Shown here piece after piece: positions 40,505-53,939 of a stretch of DNA of 64,000 bases. This DNA comes from Paraspadella gotoi (lineage: Eukaryota > Animalia > Chaetognatha). A program made the position numbers and the translations under genes. Numbering within the stretch: the stretch's first letter is position 1; every line of letters starts with the position of its first letter. Under the pieces are notes generated by a model that saw only the letters and a list, made by a program, of their open reading frames with translations, was not told where the DNA came from and searched no databases. The stretch covers positions 24,106,411 to 24,170,410 of the forward strand of contig CM119266.1 of NCBI GenBank assembly GCA_051294375.1, given 5' to 3'.

Positions 40505-40940
40505 CCACGATGCCCATCCACGGGTAGAAGGGGGTTCCAGAGGCTTGGCTGAACTGCTTGGCGGCGTTGTAGACGCAGGCGTCGCCGACCCTCTGGAACC
40601 GCCCGTCGAATGTGGAGGCCCAGGGGTCTTGATGATGGACGCCGTGGGACTGAGCGGCGGCGACGCCCCAGGCCGCCGAGGCCGCCGCCGCCCGCGAGTA
40701 GTCGGTCAGCGTACTGGCGGTGGCGGCGGCGTGCGCCGCCTGACTGGCGGTCAGCGCGTTGTTGATGGCGTTATTGTACTCGGCCGTGACGCCCTGCGCC
40801 AACCGCGAGTAGTCGCTGTGGTAGGAGGCGGCGGCCACTGTAGGCCCCCACGAGGCGGCGGCCATGGGAGAGGCGTACGGGTACGCCGCCGCCGCCGAGT
40901 AGTTGTCCGAAGCGTTCATGGCGGAGAGGGCGGACTTCAT
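40505..40940 (-). CDS. Hox gene N-terminal/hexapeptide exon, central class (Hox8 / Lox2-Lox4 / Ubx-abdA type); homeobox exon not found in window
   Basis: GC-rich, Ala/Tyr/Ser-rich ORF MKSALSAMNASDNYSAAAAYPY...GTPFYPWMGIVG ending at a consensus phase-1 donor G|GTAAGT (40505/40504). YPWM is the Pbx-binding hexapeptide. The FYPWMxIxG context matches Ubx (FYPWMAIAG) and, as I recall them, the spiralian Lox2/Lox4 linkers. Confidence 0.85.
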
Positions 40941-41200
40941 TGGCGGGGGATGGGGTTTTGGGAGAAAGAAAAGCGTAAGAAGAGAAGGCAGAAAAAAGGA
41001 AAGAACAGAAAGAGAAGGAGAAAGCTGAAAGAGAGAACAAATTAAAAAAAAGGAGGAAAGAAAGAAAGAAAAGAGAAAAGAGAGAAGGAGACTAAAAAAA
41101 CTTTCCCGCCGTCCGATAAACGAAGGTCGAGGGAGAGAAAATCGGAGCGGCGATTATTAAACCGTCAACGCGGTTGTAAAAAAGTCAAGATCTCCCCGCT

Positions 41201-41247
<47 letters not shown>

Positions 41248-41876
41248 GGCCGTCTGATAGAACGAGAGAGAAATGGGGATAGAGAGAGAGAGAGCAAAAA
41301 TCGGTGACGTCTATTGTTTCGCTCTCAGTTTATGTTTTTCAGTTTTTTTTTGGTTTTTTTTCGTGTTTTTTTCAGTCTTTTTTTTTCTCCGTTGCCCTTT
41401 TTTCTTCGCGCCGTCGAACTTCGTCGTGTTTCGTCGTCGTTTTTATTACTTTTTATTAGTTTTTCTTCTTTTTCCACCGGAAAAAAAAAATATCGTGCGA
41501 CTTTGCGTCTTTTCTCCCGAGGTCTCTCTCTCTCTATTTTTCTTTCTCTCTCTCTCTCCCTTCCCGATCGTCGTCGTCGATTTCGTCGTCAGCGTCGTCG
41601 TCGTAACCTTTTTGGCGTGTTTGAGTTGTTTTTCTTTCTGCGTGTGTGTGTATGTCTATCTTTTTTTATGTTAGTTTATATCTTTTCTTGTTTTTTTTTT
41701 CTATTTTCTTTTCCCTTTAAGGCGCGCGCGAGAGAGCGAGAGAGAGAGTTTTTATTTTACGACTGGGTGAAGAATTTGTCGTCGAATTTCGGTGATGGTT
41801 TTATGGTCGACGTCGTCGTGGTCGTCGTCGTCGTCGTCTTCTTTTTGCGCGCGTGCGTTTTCGCGAGCGCGGATGA

Positions 41877-41910
<34 letters not shown>

Positions 41911-42381
41911 CAGAGAGAGCAGAGAGACGAGATGAGAGAGAGAGAGAGAGAGAGACGCGCCGCCCGTGCAACAGCGACGCAGCGCGCAGATTGATCGTGA
42001 GAAACAGAGAAAGAAAGAGAGAAAAAAAGACAGATGAAAAAAAAATAGAGAAAATTTTATTTTCACTCTTTTTTTTGTTGTTCCTGTTGTTTTTTCTTTC
42101 TTTCTGTTTATATCTCTGTCTCAAAATCATCTCTCTCTATTCTATTCTCTCTTTCTTTAGTTTTAATATTTCCTTTTCTCCCACTTTTTTCTCATCGCAA
42201 TCCGCGCTCGGCTACAGCAGAGTACACCGACACGACAGAGCCGCGGTACGGCAGTCGAGCTGCGGCGGGAAAACGGATGAGCCATTCTAAACTCAGCGGC
42301 GGCAGAAGAGGAGGATGAAGAGGAAGAGAAGGGAGGAAGTTACTCACGAAGCAACAGTGTTACAGCGTGTCCCTGTAGCTA

Positions 42382-42468
<87 letters not shown>

Positions 42469-42710
42469 CTTCTCATGTTCGAAAACCAGCCGCCCCTAAA
42501 AAGGGCGTTTGGCAGCAGGGAGACCGTCGTTGCAGCAGCAGCTCTCTCTGCAGTCGCTGCGAATGGAACCGACTCCTTTTTTTGTGCCATTATTTTTGGT
42601 TTTTTTTCCTATTTTCTATTTTCTCCTTCGACTTTTTTGGCTGCGGAAAATCCGTCCATATTGGAACGAAGGGCGAAAGAGGCGGAGACGACTGGAGATT
42701 GCGTTCTCTC

Positions 42711-42774
<64 letters not shown>

Positions 42775-43806
42775 CTCTCTTCTCGCACGGTGAAAAAAGT
42801 GCTGATTTGTGACTTTTCACGGAGCTGGACCAGTTATTCCCTAATCAAGTAATTAAGGTGAGCGCTTAACGAGCTCGCGTTTTGGAATTCCTATTGAAGG
42901 AAGCACAAAGAGTACTATCAAATAACTAACGGGACTATTTAAATGTTCCTACGGAGGAGGTACGTGTAATACTCGCCTCCTGCCAAGTCTGATATTCGTT
43001 GACCTATGATCATACTCACTTTTTATCTGTTCCTTAAAATGATCCCCTCTCTCACACCAGGGGTAGTCCCCAAGACCCCTGAAGGTCGCAGCCAAACCTT
43101 TTTCTCTTCATCTCCCTATGGCCCGTCTTTTTCTCCATGGTGCAAGAATGGCCGCGCGGGAAAAGGCTCCATCTTTGCGCGTAGAATTTCTAAAAATTGG
43201 GCGTGTCCCCGCGGGGTCGTTCGCGATCCTCGAGGGGGCGAAAGAATCGTGGGCCCTCAACGCGTCCCGGAACGCGTCTCGTTAAGCGTCGCTCGCCTCG
43301 CGTCACCCCGTGGAATTTCCCTTTACTGTCATTATTAAATTTTATGATTCTCATAACGTCTTCGAATAGCATGACCGTTTTGGAATGCTTAAATAAATTT
43401 AATTTCCCCTTCGAATGACTGTCACTTAATAAATTGGAAAAATTTTACTGACTTATAATAATATATTTGACATATAACTATCTTCATCGTGATATAAGTG
43501 AAGGTTTGTTTTTATTTGTTTGTACATCATGTTTCGCGTGTATTGTTGGGATAGAAATATCGTTCACTCGAGTATAAAAATTTTGGGGTCTTATGCAAGT
43601 AGCGTTTCCCCGAGGTGAGATCACCGGCTGCGTCTTTTGCGCGGTCGTAGCAGCCGCCGAAGAGGCGACGTGTGTGCTGAGTGCCGTCCTGATGCGTGCA
43701 CAAGATGCGTGTACGAAAGGGGACTGGAGAAGTGCATTTGTCCAATATATACTCTCTGTCTTGCTTAATAAACTTTTTGTTTCATTGGTATTTAAAACTA
43801 CTTAAC

Positions 43807-43878
<72 letters not shown>

Positions 43879-44739
43879 CTTTTTTAGGGCTGCCATTATA
43901 TCGTTTCAGCGTTAGGCTGATGACTCCGCAAATGACTTTGGGACCAATGTCGTAAAAAGTATATGAGGTAGTTTGGAGAGAAAAAAAAAGGAAAAGAAAG
44001 GAAGGAGGAGATTGAAGAAAAGGAAGAGGAAGAAGGAATCGGAGGTAAAGGAGGAAAATGGTGATTTGGAAATCTTTGCATTGAGTGGGTAATAGTCAGG
44101 GCTGAATAATATTATAGGAATCCTTAGGTAATCTAGTGCGATCCCAGACTTGGTATTACATATTTTTTTTATGAATATTTGTACGTTTATACAAACAAGA
44201 GTATCCTTAACACAAGGCAACAGAGATAAAGCAAAAAAATATAAATGGGTGAGGAGGAAGTGAAGATGGAGCAGGGAAGAGGAGGATGGATAGAAGAGAG
44301 GAAGAGGAAGACGTATGCAGCATCATGAGGAAAAACCGACGACGTTGCCTAGAGGAGGAAGAGGAAGAGGATCACGGTCGGTCCCAGTTTATAGGCGGAG
44401 GAAGAGCGGAAGCTGAAGAAGAGGAGCAGCGATTCCAGCTCTACTCCTCCGGATGGCGTTGTCGCTCGGGGCTGCAGGACTCGAGGGAAAATAAAAGAAC
44501 AAACGGTGGAAAGTTAAAAAAAGATTGAAAAAGGAAAAAGAAAAGGAGGAAAAAAATGTAGAAGATTTTTTTGCGAAACGTTTGGGGCGTCGTTAAGGCT
44601 TTAAACGGCGCCATATTCCAAAGAACCAAAGAACCCAGTTAAATTTTATGGTTTTCTTCATTTCGAAAAATAAAATAAAAAACGGCTGTTGCGAGAAGAA
44701 AGGGAATGATATCATTGGAGAAAGCTTGGATTTGTTTAA

Positions 44740-44814
<75 letters not shown>

Positions 44815-47800
44815 CCCCCCCCCATCCTTCTTATTTATCCTCACACNNNNNNNNNNNNNNNNNNNNNNNNNNNNNNNNNNNNNNNNNNNNNNNNNNNNNN
44901 NNNNNNNNNNNNNNNNNNNNNNNNNNNNNNNNNNNNNNNNNNNNNNNNNNNNNNNNNNNNNNNNNNNNNNNNNNNNNNNNNNNNNNNNNNNNNNNNNNNN
45001 NNNNNNNNNNNNNNNNNNNNNNNNNNNNNNNNNNNNNNNNNNNNNNNNNNNNNNNNNNNNNNNNNNNNNNNNNNNNNNNNNNNNNNNNNNNNNNNNNNNN
45101 NNNNNNNNNNNNNNNNNNNNNNNNNNNNNNNNNNNNNNNNNNNNNNNNNNNNNNNNNNNNNNNNNNNNNNNNNNNNNNNNNNNNNNNNNNNNNNNNNNNN
45201 NNNNNNNNNNNNNNNNNNNNNNNNNNNNNNNNNNNNNNNNNNNNNNNNNNNNNNNNNNNNNNNNNNNNNNNNNNNNNNNNNNNNNNNNNNNNNNNNNNNN
45301 NNNNNNNNNNNAATAATGCAGTAAATAATTTTTATTGGCAGGTATACATTCTTTAATAAAGATTTAGCCGGGTGTCGAAACCATTTATTACGCGGCCAAA
45401 GCTGAGAGTTATTTCCGAGTCTCGAACGCGCGAATTACTGAGCGAGGATAGTTCTCTAAAAACTACGGGAGCTCGAGTCAATAAATTATCGGAGGAGCTC
45501 GAATTTCGAGCGAGATGTAGTTTTTATTTCTAATAGTTGTTTAAACTGGTCCGAACGGAGAGATAAGTTCATTATTTTAAAAAGCAAACCAACAGGTTTT
45601 CCTTTGATTGACACAGTTTATTCTTTTCTTTAATGTCTAATTGCACAACTGCTTTCCACCTAAATATGTAAATTTAACATCTAATCAAAATTTAAAGTTT
45701 CAATATTTTGATCTAATTTTATAAATTTTATTTTAAATGATCTGCTTTTTTTCTGTAAAAGCAAAACCGAAAATAGTTATAACCTATTAAGCAACTCAAC
45801 AATTCTCTTCTTAGCTTTAAGCGACTTTTTTCCTTTCCTTTTTCTTTTGCTTTTCCTTCTCCCCCCTTTTCCTTCCTCCTCGCCCTCGCGGTGCAGTTTG
45901 TCTTCGTCTTCTCTTTAATTGTTTAATTTGAGAAAATGGAAAGAAGCGCAAAAAAAAAAAAAAACTCGTTAATTTTCTTATTTTAGAAAAAAAAGAAAGT
46001 GAAGAAAGATTGAGAAAGGAGGAGGAGAGAGTGAAAAGGAAAATCAAGCGTCCGAAGTCTTGGGTTTAAAACGAAGCAAGAGCCAATTCCCTCTATTTTG
46101 CATGGAGCTCGTTAAGACGGAAAAACTATGGGCCGAACAATGGGAAGTATGGGCTCGTTTCGTTTTTTTTTTCTTTTTTTCGATTTAAGCTTCATTGCGT
46201 AGTACGCGTTGGCCTCCTCGCAGATGGACGAAGAAACATCAAAGCAAACGATCGATTTGAAAGCAACAAATTTGTTTACGTCCTTTTCTGGCAAAATAAT
46301 ATTCTTTATATTTTGTTTTCGCTCGTTACTCATTCAGTTTTTTTTTTTTTTCTTTCTTTTTCGGTCCGCCGCTCCCTTTCTTCCCTTTCTTTCTTCCCCT
46401 TCCTTACCAATTTTTTTTTTATATCTCTCTCCTCTCTTCTTCCGTTTCCTTCTAAGTTCTAACTTTAGTGGACAACCGCCCGCCAGGGGCCTCTGACCCT
46501 TCGAGCGCCCCGTCGAGTTTTCGGGTCGCCCCTTCCATCGCCCCAAGCCTCCCACCAACCAGAATTAGAGTTTCTCACGAGTCTGTCGCTCTACACCCAC
46601 AGACCCCATTCCGCTTTTTCTGCACCACTTTGCAATCAGAATTCAAATTCCACTTCGCACATGCCATCTCAATCAAATCCCTTAATTCAAATCTCAAATC
46701 TCAAATCTTGCCTCCCCAAGTCCACAGACTTCACGCGTCCGATTTCCCCAAACTTCACTCTGTACAGCTGCCCATTTCGCTCCAGCCCACACTCACGGCC
46801 TTTCCACATTGCCTGTCCACATTTATCCCCACACTCCACCATCTTACCTCGTCTCTAATTTTATTCTTCTTGCCCCAATCCACCCCCCCCCCACCTCATC
46901 CCACAAAACCTCTCTCTAGCTCCGACTATCGCGCCCTCTCGTTTCTCTCTCCGCCTAAATTCACCGGCGCAACTCACCCAACCACCCAATTCGTTCCCGA
47001 CCGCGAAGCCAAAGGGAAAAAAAATGACCCAATTTCGGGTTTTGATGTCGTCATCGGCGGCTTTTCGCGTCCGAAGCGGCGAGGGGCTTTTGAAGGCTTT
47101 TAAATTGTTTGTTTGCCCCATGCGACGTCATAGAGATCGTTTTAAAAACGCGTCGACGACGTCATAGAAATTGCCTCAGAAATTTAAACACGCTCGATCT
47201 TTTGACAATTTTCTTTTTTGAATTGCAAAAAATCGGATCTAAATGGCACCAGATGTTTTTAGTTATATTATATGAAAAATTACAAGATTACTTGTTTTTT
47301 CTCTTGACAAATTAATTTTAATCCAAAAAAAAAAAANNNNNNNNNNNNNNNNNNNNNNNNNNNNNNNNNNNNNNNNNNNNNNNNNNNNNNNNNNNNNNNN
47401 NNNNNNNNNNNNNNNNNNNNNNNNNNNNNNNNNNNNNNNNNNNNNNNNNNNNNNNNNNNNNNNNNNNNNNNNNNNNNNNNNNNNNNNNNNNNNNNNNNNN
47501 NNNNNNNNNNNNNNNNNNNNNNNNNNNNNNNNNNNNNNNNNNNATAAATAAATTAATTAATTAAAAATCAATCGAAAAGCTTTCTTTGAAAAAAAAACTT
47601 CTGGATACTAAAAAGCAGTAATCTATATTTTAACATGAGAACAATAGGAAAANNNNNNNNNNNNNNNNNNNNNNNNNNNNNNNNNNNNNNNNNNNNNNNN
47701 NNNNNNNNNNNNNNNNNNNNNNNNNNNNNNNNNNNNNNNNNNNNNNNNNNNNNNNNNNNNNNNNNNNNNNNNNNNNNNNNNNNNNNNNNNNNNNNNNNNN

Positions 47801-49009
47801 NNAGAGGAGAGAGGGAACGAGTTCAACCCTCCATGATCCCTCTACCCCTCCACCCCCCTTCTTCCCCCCTTCTTTCCAACCATAAACAAAATCAAGGAAG
47901 CGAACGCGACATTCGGTCGCAAAATGCACCGTCTTTAAACTTCGCAACTTCGAAACTAGAAACAATTACATTACGAAGCGAATTGCGTTTTTCCTGCGGT
48001 CTTTTATTTTATTCCTTTTGTTTTTCTTATTTCTTGGAAGAGTCGACATGCAGATAAAGACACATTTAAAGCGTGCAACTCACTGGTTGGCCAGTTCTTA
48101 ATTCATCTTATCATCTCTTCATTCTTCACGCCCCCTCCCTCCGTCCCCTCCCTCGAAAAGGCTGTCCCATGTTTCGGTTCGGCCACCCGTCGAGCGAACA
48201 AGACACACTTCCCGATTTTAACCGATTTTAACCAACCTTCTTGTCCCACTTTTAGCCCTGCCATTCCGCTCAGCCTCTGTCAACTAAAAGCATCAGTGTT
48301 TGTCTTATTTAGACCCACCTACTTCTTAGATACAACAATGCCAAAGTTACTTTCTTGCCAAAGAAAATTAAATGGCTTCTCGGTTTCATCCCGACTTAAA
48401 TTTTAACTTCTTTTGAACTTTGTACTTCTCCATTTAATCTACTCAATGTTCATGTTCCCATCTTAAAGCTGTTTTTACGCAATATCAACAATGTAAAATC
48501 GTTTTCTGAAGATTTGGCAGTCGTCGGTAAGCATTCATTACATTATTTCTTGTTTATGGTCATTTAAATTTCTGCGCTTGCGCTTGCTTGAAACTTTTCT
48601 CCGTTTCTTGCCGGCGTTAGAATTGTTAGAAGCTCGTTTTCGTTATTATCGTCTGGCCGTCGTCGGTTTTATATATTTTCCCGTTTGATGTTTTTATTTT
48701 CAATGAATCAAGGTCTCGCGCGGAGAAGTTCCAGAAAACCATCACTTTCCCAAAGCATAAAAATATTATTAACGTTTCAATATTTATATCTGTTTTTATT
48801 TCTATTTTTTTTTTTAATCTCTATCTTGAAATTTATCTTCCATAACATAATTTTGACGTCAATTCCACGCGGTCGACACCACGAGACTTTCTGCAGACGC
48901 GGAAGAAAACATGAGCGGAATATCCGGCACAACCCCTTTTTTTTTACTTTTTTCTTTTTTTCTTTTAAACATGTCTTTTTCCCTTTTTTTCCACGTTTCC
49001 CTTCTATCT

Positions 49010-49014
49010 TTCCT

Positions 49015-49074
<60 letters not shown>

Positions 49075-49150
49075 TATTTCTTTCTTTCTTTCTTTCTTTC
49101 TTTCTTTCCTTCCTTCTTTCTTTCCTTCTTTCTTCCTTTCTTTCTTTCTT
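49010..49150. repeat. (TTTC)n microsatellite
   Basis: Direct tetranucleotide run. Confidence 0.95.
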
Positions 49151-51345
49151 TTTTTTTCTTTTCGCGCCAGACCTCTATTTTATCAACGTCTCCAAGAAAA
49201 AGAAGTTAATCTTTTGCCAATTCTGTGGAGAAAAAGACGACTTAAGGCAGCGACTGCCAACTGAAATTCATTTGGAGGCCGCATTGCCTGACACGTTCAG
49301 GGCCGCGTTGGTTTTGCGTTAAACCTTGATTCTGTAGCCCCTGTAAAGCGTTTTTAAAAGGGCACAAATCTTGATATTGGATATACTACCGGTTTAGTAT
49401 TGCTTTTTTTTTTGGTTAAATTCCCCCGTTCAACGTCACAGTGATAATATTTAGATTTTTACGCATACTCCGTTTTTCATTCTCAGCTTTTCACTAACTT
49501 CGGGTGCAAGTGTAAGTAGGACCTCTGAAAAAAAATGCCTCGAGCCACGGTACTTCCCCGGGACCTCCTTTGCCCCTCAGCATTCCTTTACTTACGATCG
49601 ACCCTCTTTCCAGAACTCCTCCTATATCCAACCTCCTCCACCTCCTCCTCATTCCCGGTCTCCGAGTCTCGTTTCTATTTTTGGGCCTCGAAAATTTTAA
49701 ATTTCTTCGTCGACTGATAGAAACAAGAGACGACGGATGACAGACGAGGGATGACAGATGACAAACGACATGAAACTTGAACGACGTTCGCCCTGGATTT
49801 TAAATTTTGGTCGCTAGATGTCCTTTTAAGTAAAACATAGTTTTTAGAAACAGTCGTGAGTCATACAGGGTTCCCTAAAATTTTAGAAAGCATTGATTTT
49901 TAAACGTCGTTTACGGATTTGTTGAGGGCCAGATTAGTTTTGTGAGGTTACACTAGTGGTAATCGCAATAACATTTTTTTTTTTCAACTAATGATTGCAC
50001 TCGTATAATTTTCAATTCATCATTATTTATCTATTAATTGTTACAAAAATCCTATTTCGAAACACTAATCACGTCTTTTGTTGCTCACTTTCGACACAAG
50101 ACCAGGCCCTCTCTCGGTAGAGTCTCGAAGCTCGGTGGGATTCTCGTCCTAATTCCCGCATTCGCTCGCCAGAGGGAAGAAGAGAATGGAGGAGGAGGAG
50201 AATGAGGAGGAGGAGAGCGGAGCTTAGGAATTGAGTCGGGAAAAACTCGGGAGTCTCATGGGAGAATCCTTTGTTTTGAGTTCCTCGCCGTTACCAACGT
50301 CATCGGAGACCCAAAATAAAAGGTAACCCGATATCGATGGAAACAAGACGAATATATATATCGTAACGCGAGTAGGTTTTATCGGCGCTTTTCGTGAGGA
50401 CAGGAAAAAAAAGTGGATCGTTAAACATAATGGGATTAAATTAGATTAGACCGAAGTTCTCGCCTTGGTTCGTTTATGAGTTATTAGTCAATGGAGCAAA
50501 TGAAGGAACGGGCGAAGGACAGTAACGAAAGTTTCCCCAATTAACGCCAATGTGACAATTACGTTGGTTTTAATTGATACTTATTTTAATACAAGATCTG
50601 TTACATATCTGCTACTAACTAACCGGATTTCAAGAAAGCAGTTCGATTTTTGTACAGGTTTTCTTTTTGATTTTTTTAAAAACTGAAAACGTCTTCGTCG
50701 TCGTGTAACTCCTTTCCAGTCTTCCTCTTGTTCGTCGTACTCTGCTTCGTCGTCGTCGTCTTCTTTGTCGTCGTCGTCGTCGTAACCGTCTACGTGTCGA
50801 CAGTCGTCTTGATTTATGCGCTTCGCCCCGAGCACCGCCAGAGCGAAACAGAGGCCTCCAGTTCCTCGCGGCTCTGGCAGGCATACTGATTATCCGGCGG
50901 GCTCGGCCGGGATCGAGCAGGCGTGGACCTTATTTCGCTTTTTCGAACAGGCGCCTATCGGGATGGCTAATTGGCGCACTGTCAATTTGAAATTATTAAT
51001 TTTTTCCATGCTTTTAAAAAAAGCTATTTTAGTCCTATTAAAACCAAGATTTTCTGCCCCATTTTCTGAATTCTCCGAAAGACGCAGGATCGGGCAACCT
51101 AACTTCTCTCACCCCTTCCACGACCAGACGCGACTTCTGCGGGCGGGACTTCGGCCGCCAACGTCTCTCTTTCCGCCTCATTAACGATTACTTTCCCTTC
51201 GTCGCTGCAACAAAGAATGTTGTGAAACTGTAAAGAGAGTCTAGGGAATACTTAATTAAATTTTCGTGTCTATTTTTCTGATTGTACTGAATTTTCTTGA
51301 GTTTTTTTTTTTTTTTTTCTTCCCGCTAACTTTGGGTCTGCTGTT

Positions 51346-51443
<98 letters not shown>

Positions 51444-53261
51444 TAACCTCAGCTAATTGGTGTATTCCCGTGGATTTCTGTACCTTTTTTTCCTTTCATT
51501 TCATGAATATTCTCCGTATTACCTAGATTCTTACTTTTTCTCCTTCTTTTAGTTTTACTCTTCTAATATGCGTAATCACGTCCGTTGACCGCGACGGCGC
51601 ACCCCGGGCTTAGTCGTGCATAGGGCTCTTTGAGAAAGAGCCGAAGGAGCCGCCGACTCCGCCGCCGCTTTTTGCGCAGCGGACGCCGACGCAACCGCTG
51701 GCCCACGCAGCCGCCGAGGACGATACCGCAAACGATCGGCCTCTTTTACTGTTATTTTTCAGGTAAGGCGATAAAGGAAAAGGTAAGGTGTTTTGTGTAA
51801 CCAGTTAGCCATTTAGGTATAATCTGTTATAATATAGATAATATTTTAAAGAAGATAATAAAGAAATAGACGATAATAAAACGACAAGTATAAATAGATA
51901 AACCACAAGACCCCATGTAGCCCGATAAGACGATACGACGGTACGTGTTTCAAACCCACGTTATTGTGAGATTCGATCGAGTTTGCGTTACCCCTATTTT
52001 AGTTAATTTTAGCGTCAGTAATTAAGGCTCTAAACAACATTTTAAATGAATAAACTTATTAGAATATGGTTCCTTCCCTTTATAAAGTTTATAACATGAT
52101 TTTTAGCGTTCACAACTCTCGAAAGATTTTAAGAATCTCCCGTTGAACAACAACGACAACGAAGAGAGATACTCGTTTCCCCCGATTCGCTTCCTTCATC
52201 GTCGTAATTAAAGGTTCCCCGCCTCGGATTTCTCCTCCTCGCCCGCCCGCGCTCCCCTGGACGAAATCCCTCAGGGGGGCGGGAAATAATAGTTTCCTGT
52301 TCTTTCTTTCAACTCCACCCCCTCCACCCTCACCCCTGGGGGTAAGATGACTTTCTCTCTTCCTTTCTTCGTCCTCTGACCACTCTTACCCTCGAACCCA
52401 CCCTCACGCATCCCTCGACTTCACAGATGATCGGAGTAGCTAAAACCAACCACGCCCTGTTGCTCTGTCCTCCTCTTCTTCTTTTGATTTGTTTCGTTTT
52501 GCGAACTTTGTTCGACATTTTTTGGACAGAAATGGGAAAAATAGCGACGGCGATGAACGAATGACTCGTTCATTGTGAATTATCGAATATGTAACGCAAT
52601 AATTTTTTTTTCACAAGGGAAAGAGCAAACGATTCTCAGAAATATTACCTGAACGTGAAACATTAGTCGCTGCTTTTATCTCTAAGCTAAACAGTGGAGG
52701 AAATTGCCGTTAGTATTGTATTGTGTAGAATATATTATATAGTATTGTATTCGACATCTTTCTCTCCCTCTTTTTTCTTTTTTAATTTTTCACTTAATAC
52801 CCTTCTTTTTTTTCCTCCTTTTCCTCTTGGATGCTTCGTCCGACTAATTAGTGAATGAAATCTGAACAGAAAATTTTACGAAAAAGTTTTAAAAATCCGC
52901 GTTCGTCTGTCAGGGAAATTTTTGTATGTCGCAAAAGCTCACTTACTAAAATACAAATATTGTCTTTCCTTCATTTAAGTACTCTTTAAATAAAATTGTT
53001 TTAATACTCTCTGCATTCACTTAGTCGATTTTTATTTTTAGTCGTAATTTTATNNNNNNNNNNNNNNNNNNNNNNNNNNNNNNNNNNNNNNNNNNNNNNN
53101 NNNNNNNNNNNNNNNNNNNNNNNNNNNNNNNNNNNNNNNNNNNNNNNNNNNNNNNNNNNNNNNNNNNNNNNNNNNNNNNNNNNNNNNNNNNNNNNNNNNN
53201 NNNNNNNNNNNNNNNNNNNNNNNNNNNNNNNNNNNNNNNNNNNNNNNNNNNNNNNNNNNNN

Positions 53262-53310
53262 CCCTAATTGGACTCGCCGATCACGTGACTAACCGGTCAC
53301 GTGATAAAAC
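53262..53310. promoter_or_regulatory. ATTGG plus two TCACGTGA E-boxes, same motif pairing as the DNMT3 promoter
   Basis: CCCTAATTGGACTCGCCGATCACGTGACTAACCGGTCACGTGATAAAAC. No linked coding exon is seen. Confidence 0.35.
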
Positions 53311-53939
53311 CCTTTGATATTCGCCGCCTCCTTCCGCAATGCCAGACGTCTGGAATCTTTGAAATTATTATATTGACGTTATTTGAGGCGTTGGCTTTGG
53401 CTTTTAGCGTTAAAGGCCGGGGCGGTGCGATGCGCGGGAGTGGTGTATTAATTGTCGTGGGAACTGAAGTTTTGTTTTGAAAAGTGAAATAATAAATAAA
53501 ATTATAATTAATAAAATAATAAAAAACATTTGCATGGGTAAGAGACCGAATTATGCTTGCTGACTACGAGGCTTTTTTTGAACAACGCCATTTGCAGTTA
53601 TTTGCAAATGGTGGAGGTTCGCAACCGAGAGTGGGCGTGGCAGTGACGATTACTACCAGAGACGAGGAACGGGCGGAGACAACAGTCATCGACGGAAGCA
53701 ATAACGACTTGAAGAATTAGGGTAACCAGTCTCAACAGCCGATAGTCAAAAGTTCAGCGGTGAAGGAGAAAGAGAAAAATCGGCGGTGACAGTTATGATA
53801 GCAAAAAAAAAAGAGGATCGGTTGAATAGCGACGGCGAATATCACTGGCTTACAACCAAGATCACCCGGTGACATTCACGCCGACTGTCAGCGTGGTGGG
53901 GAGTGAGTGTGTGTGTATATGAACGGAGGGCAGAGCGTC

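Noticed and set aside
48628-48652. GAAGCTCGTTT resembling miR-993-3p (also CCCTGTAG at 42371 resembling miR-10)
   Set aside because: Only 8-10 nt match and I see no precursor hairpin. No miR-10, miR-993 or iab-4 was recognised in the window.
51624-51642. GGCTCTTT...AAAGAGCC as a histone 3' stem-loop
   Set aside because: Wrong geometry (not a 6-bp stem with a 4-nt loop) and no histone CDS upstream.
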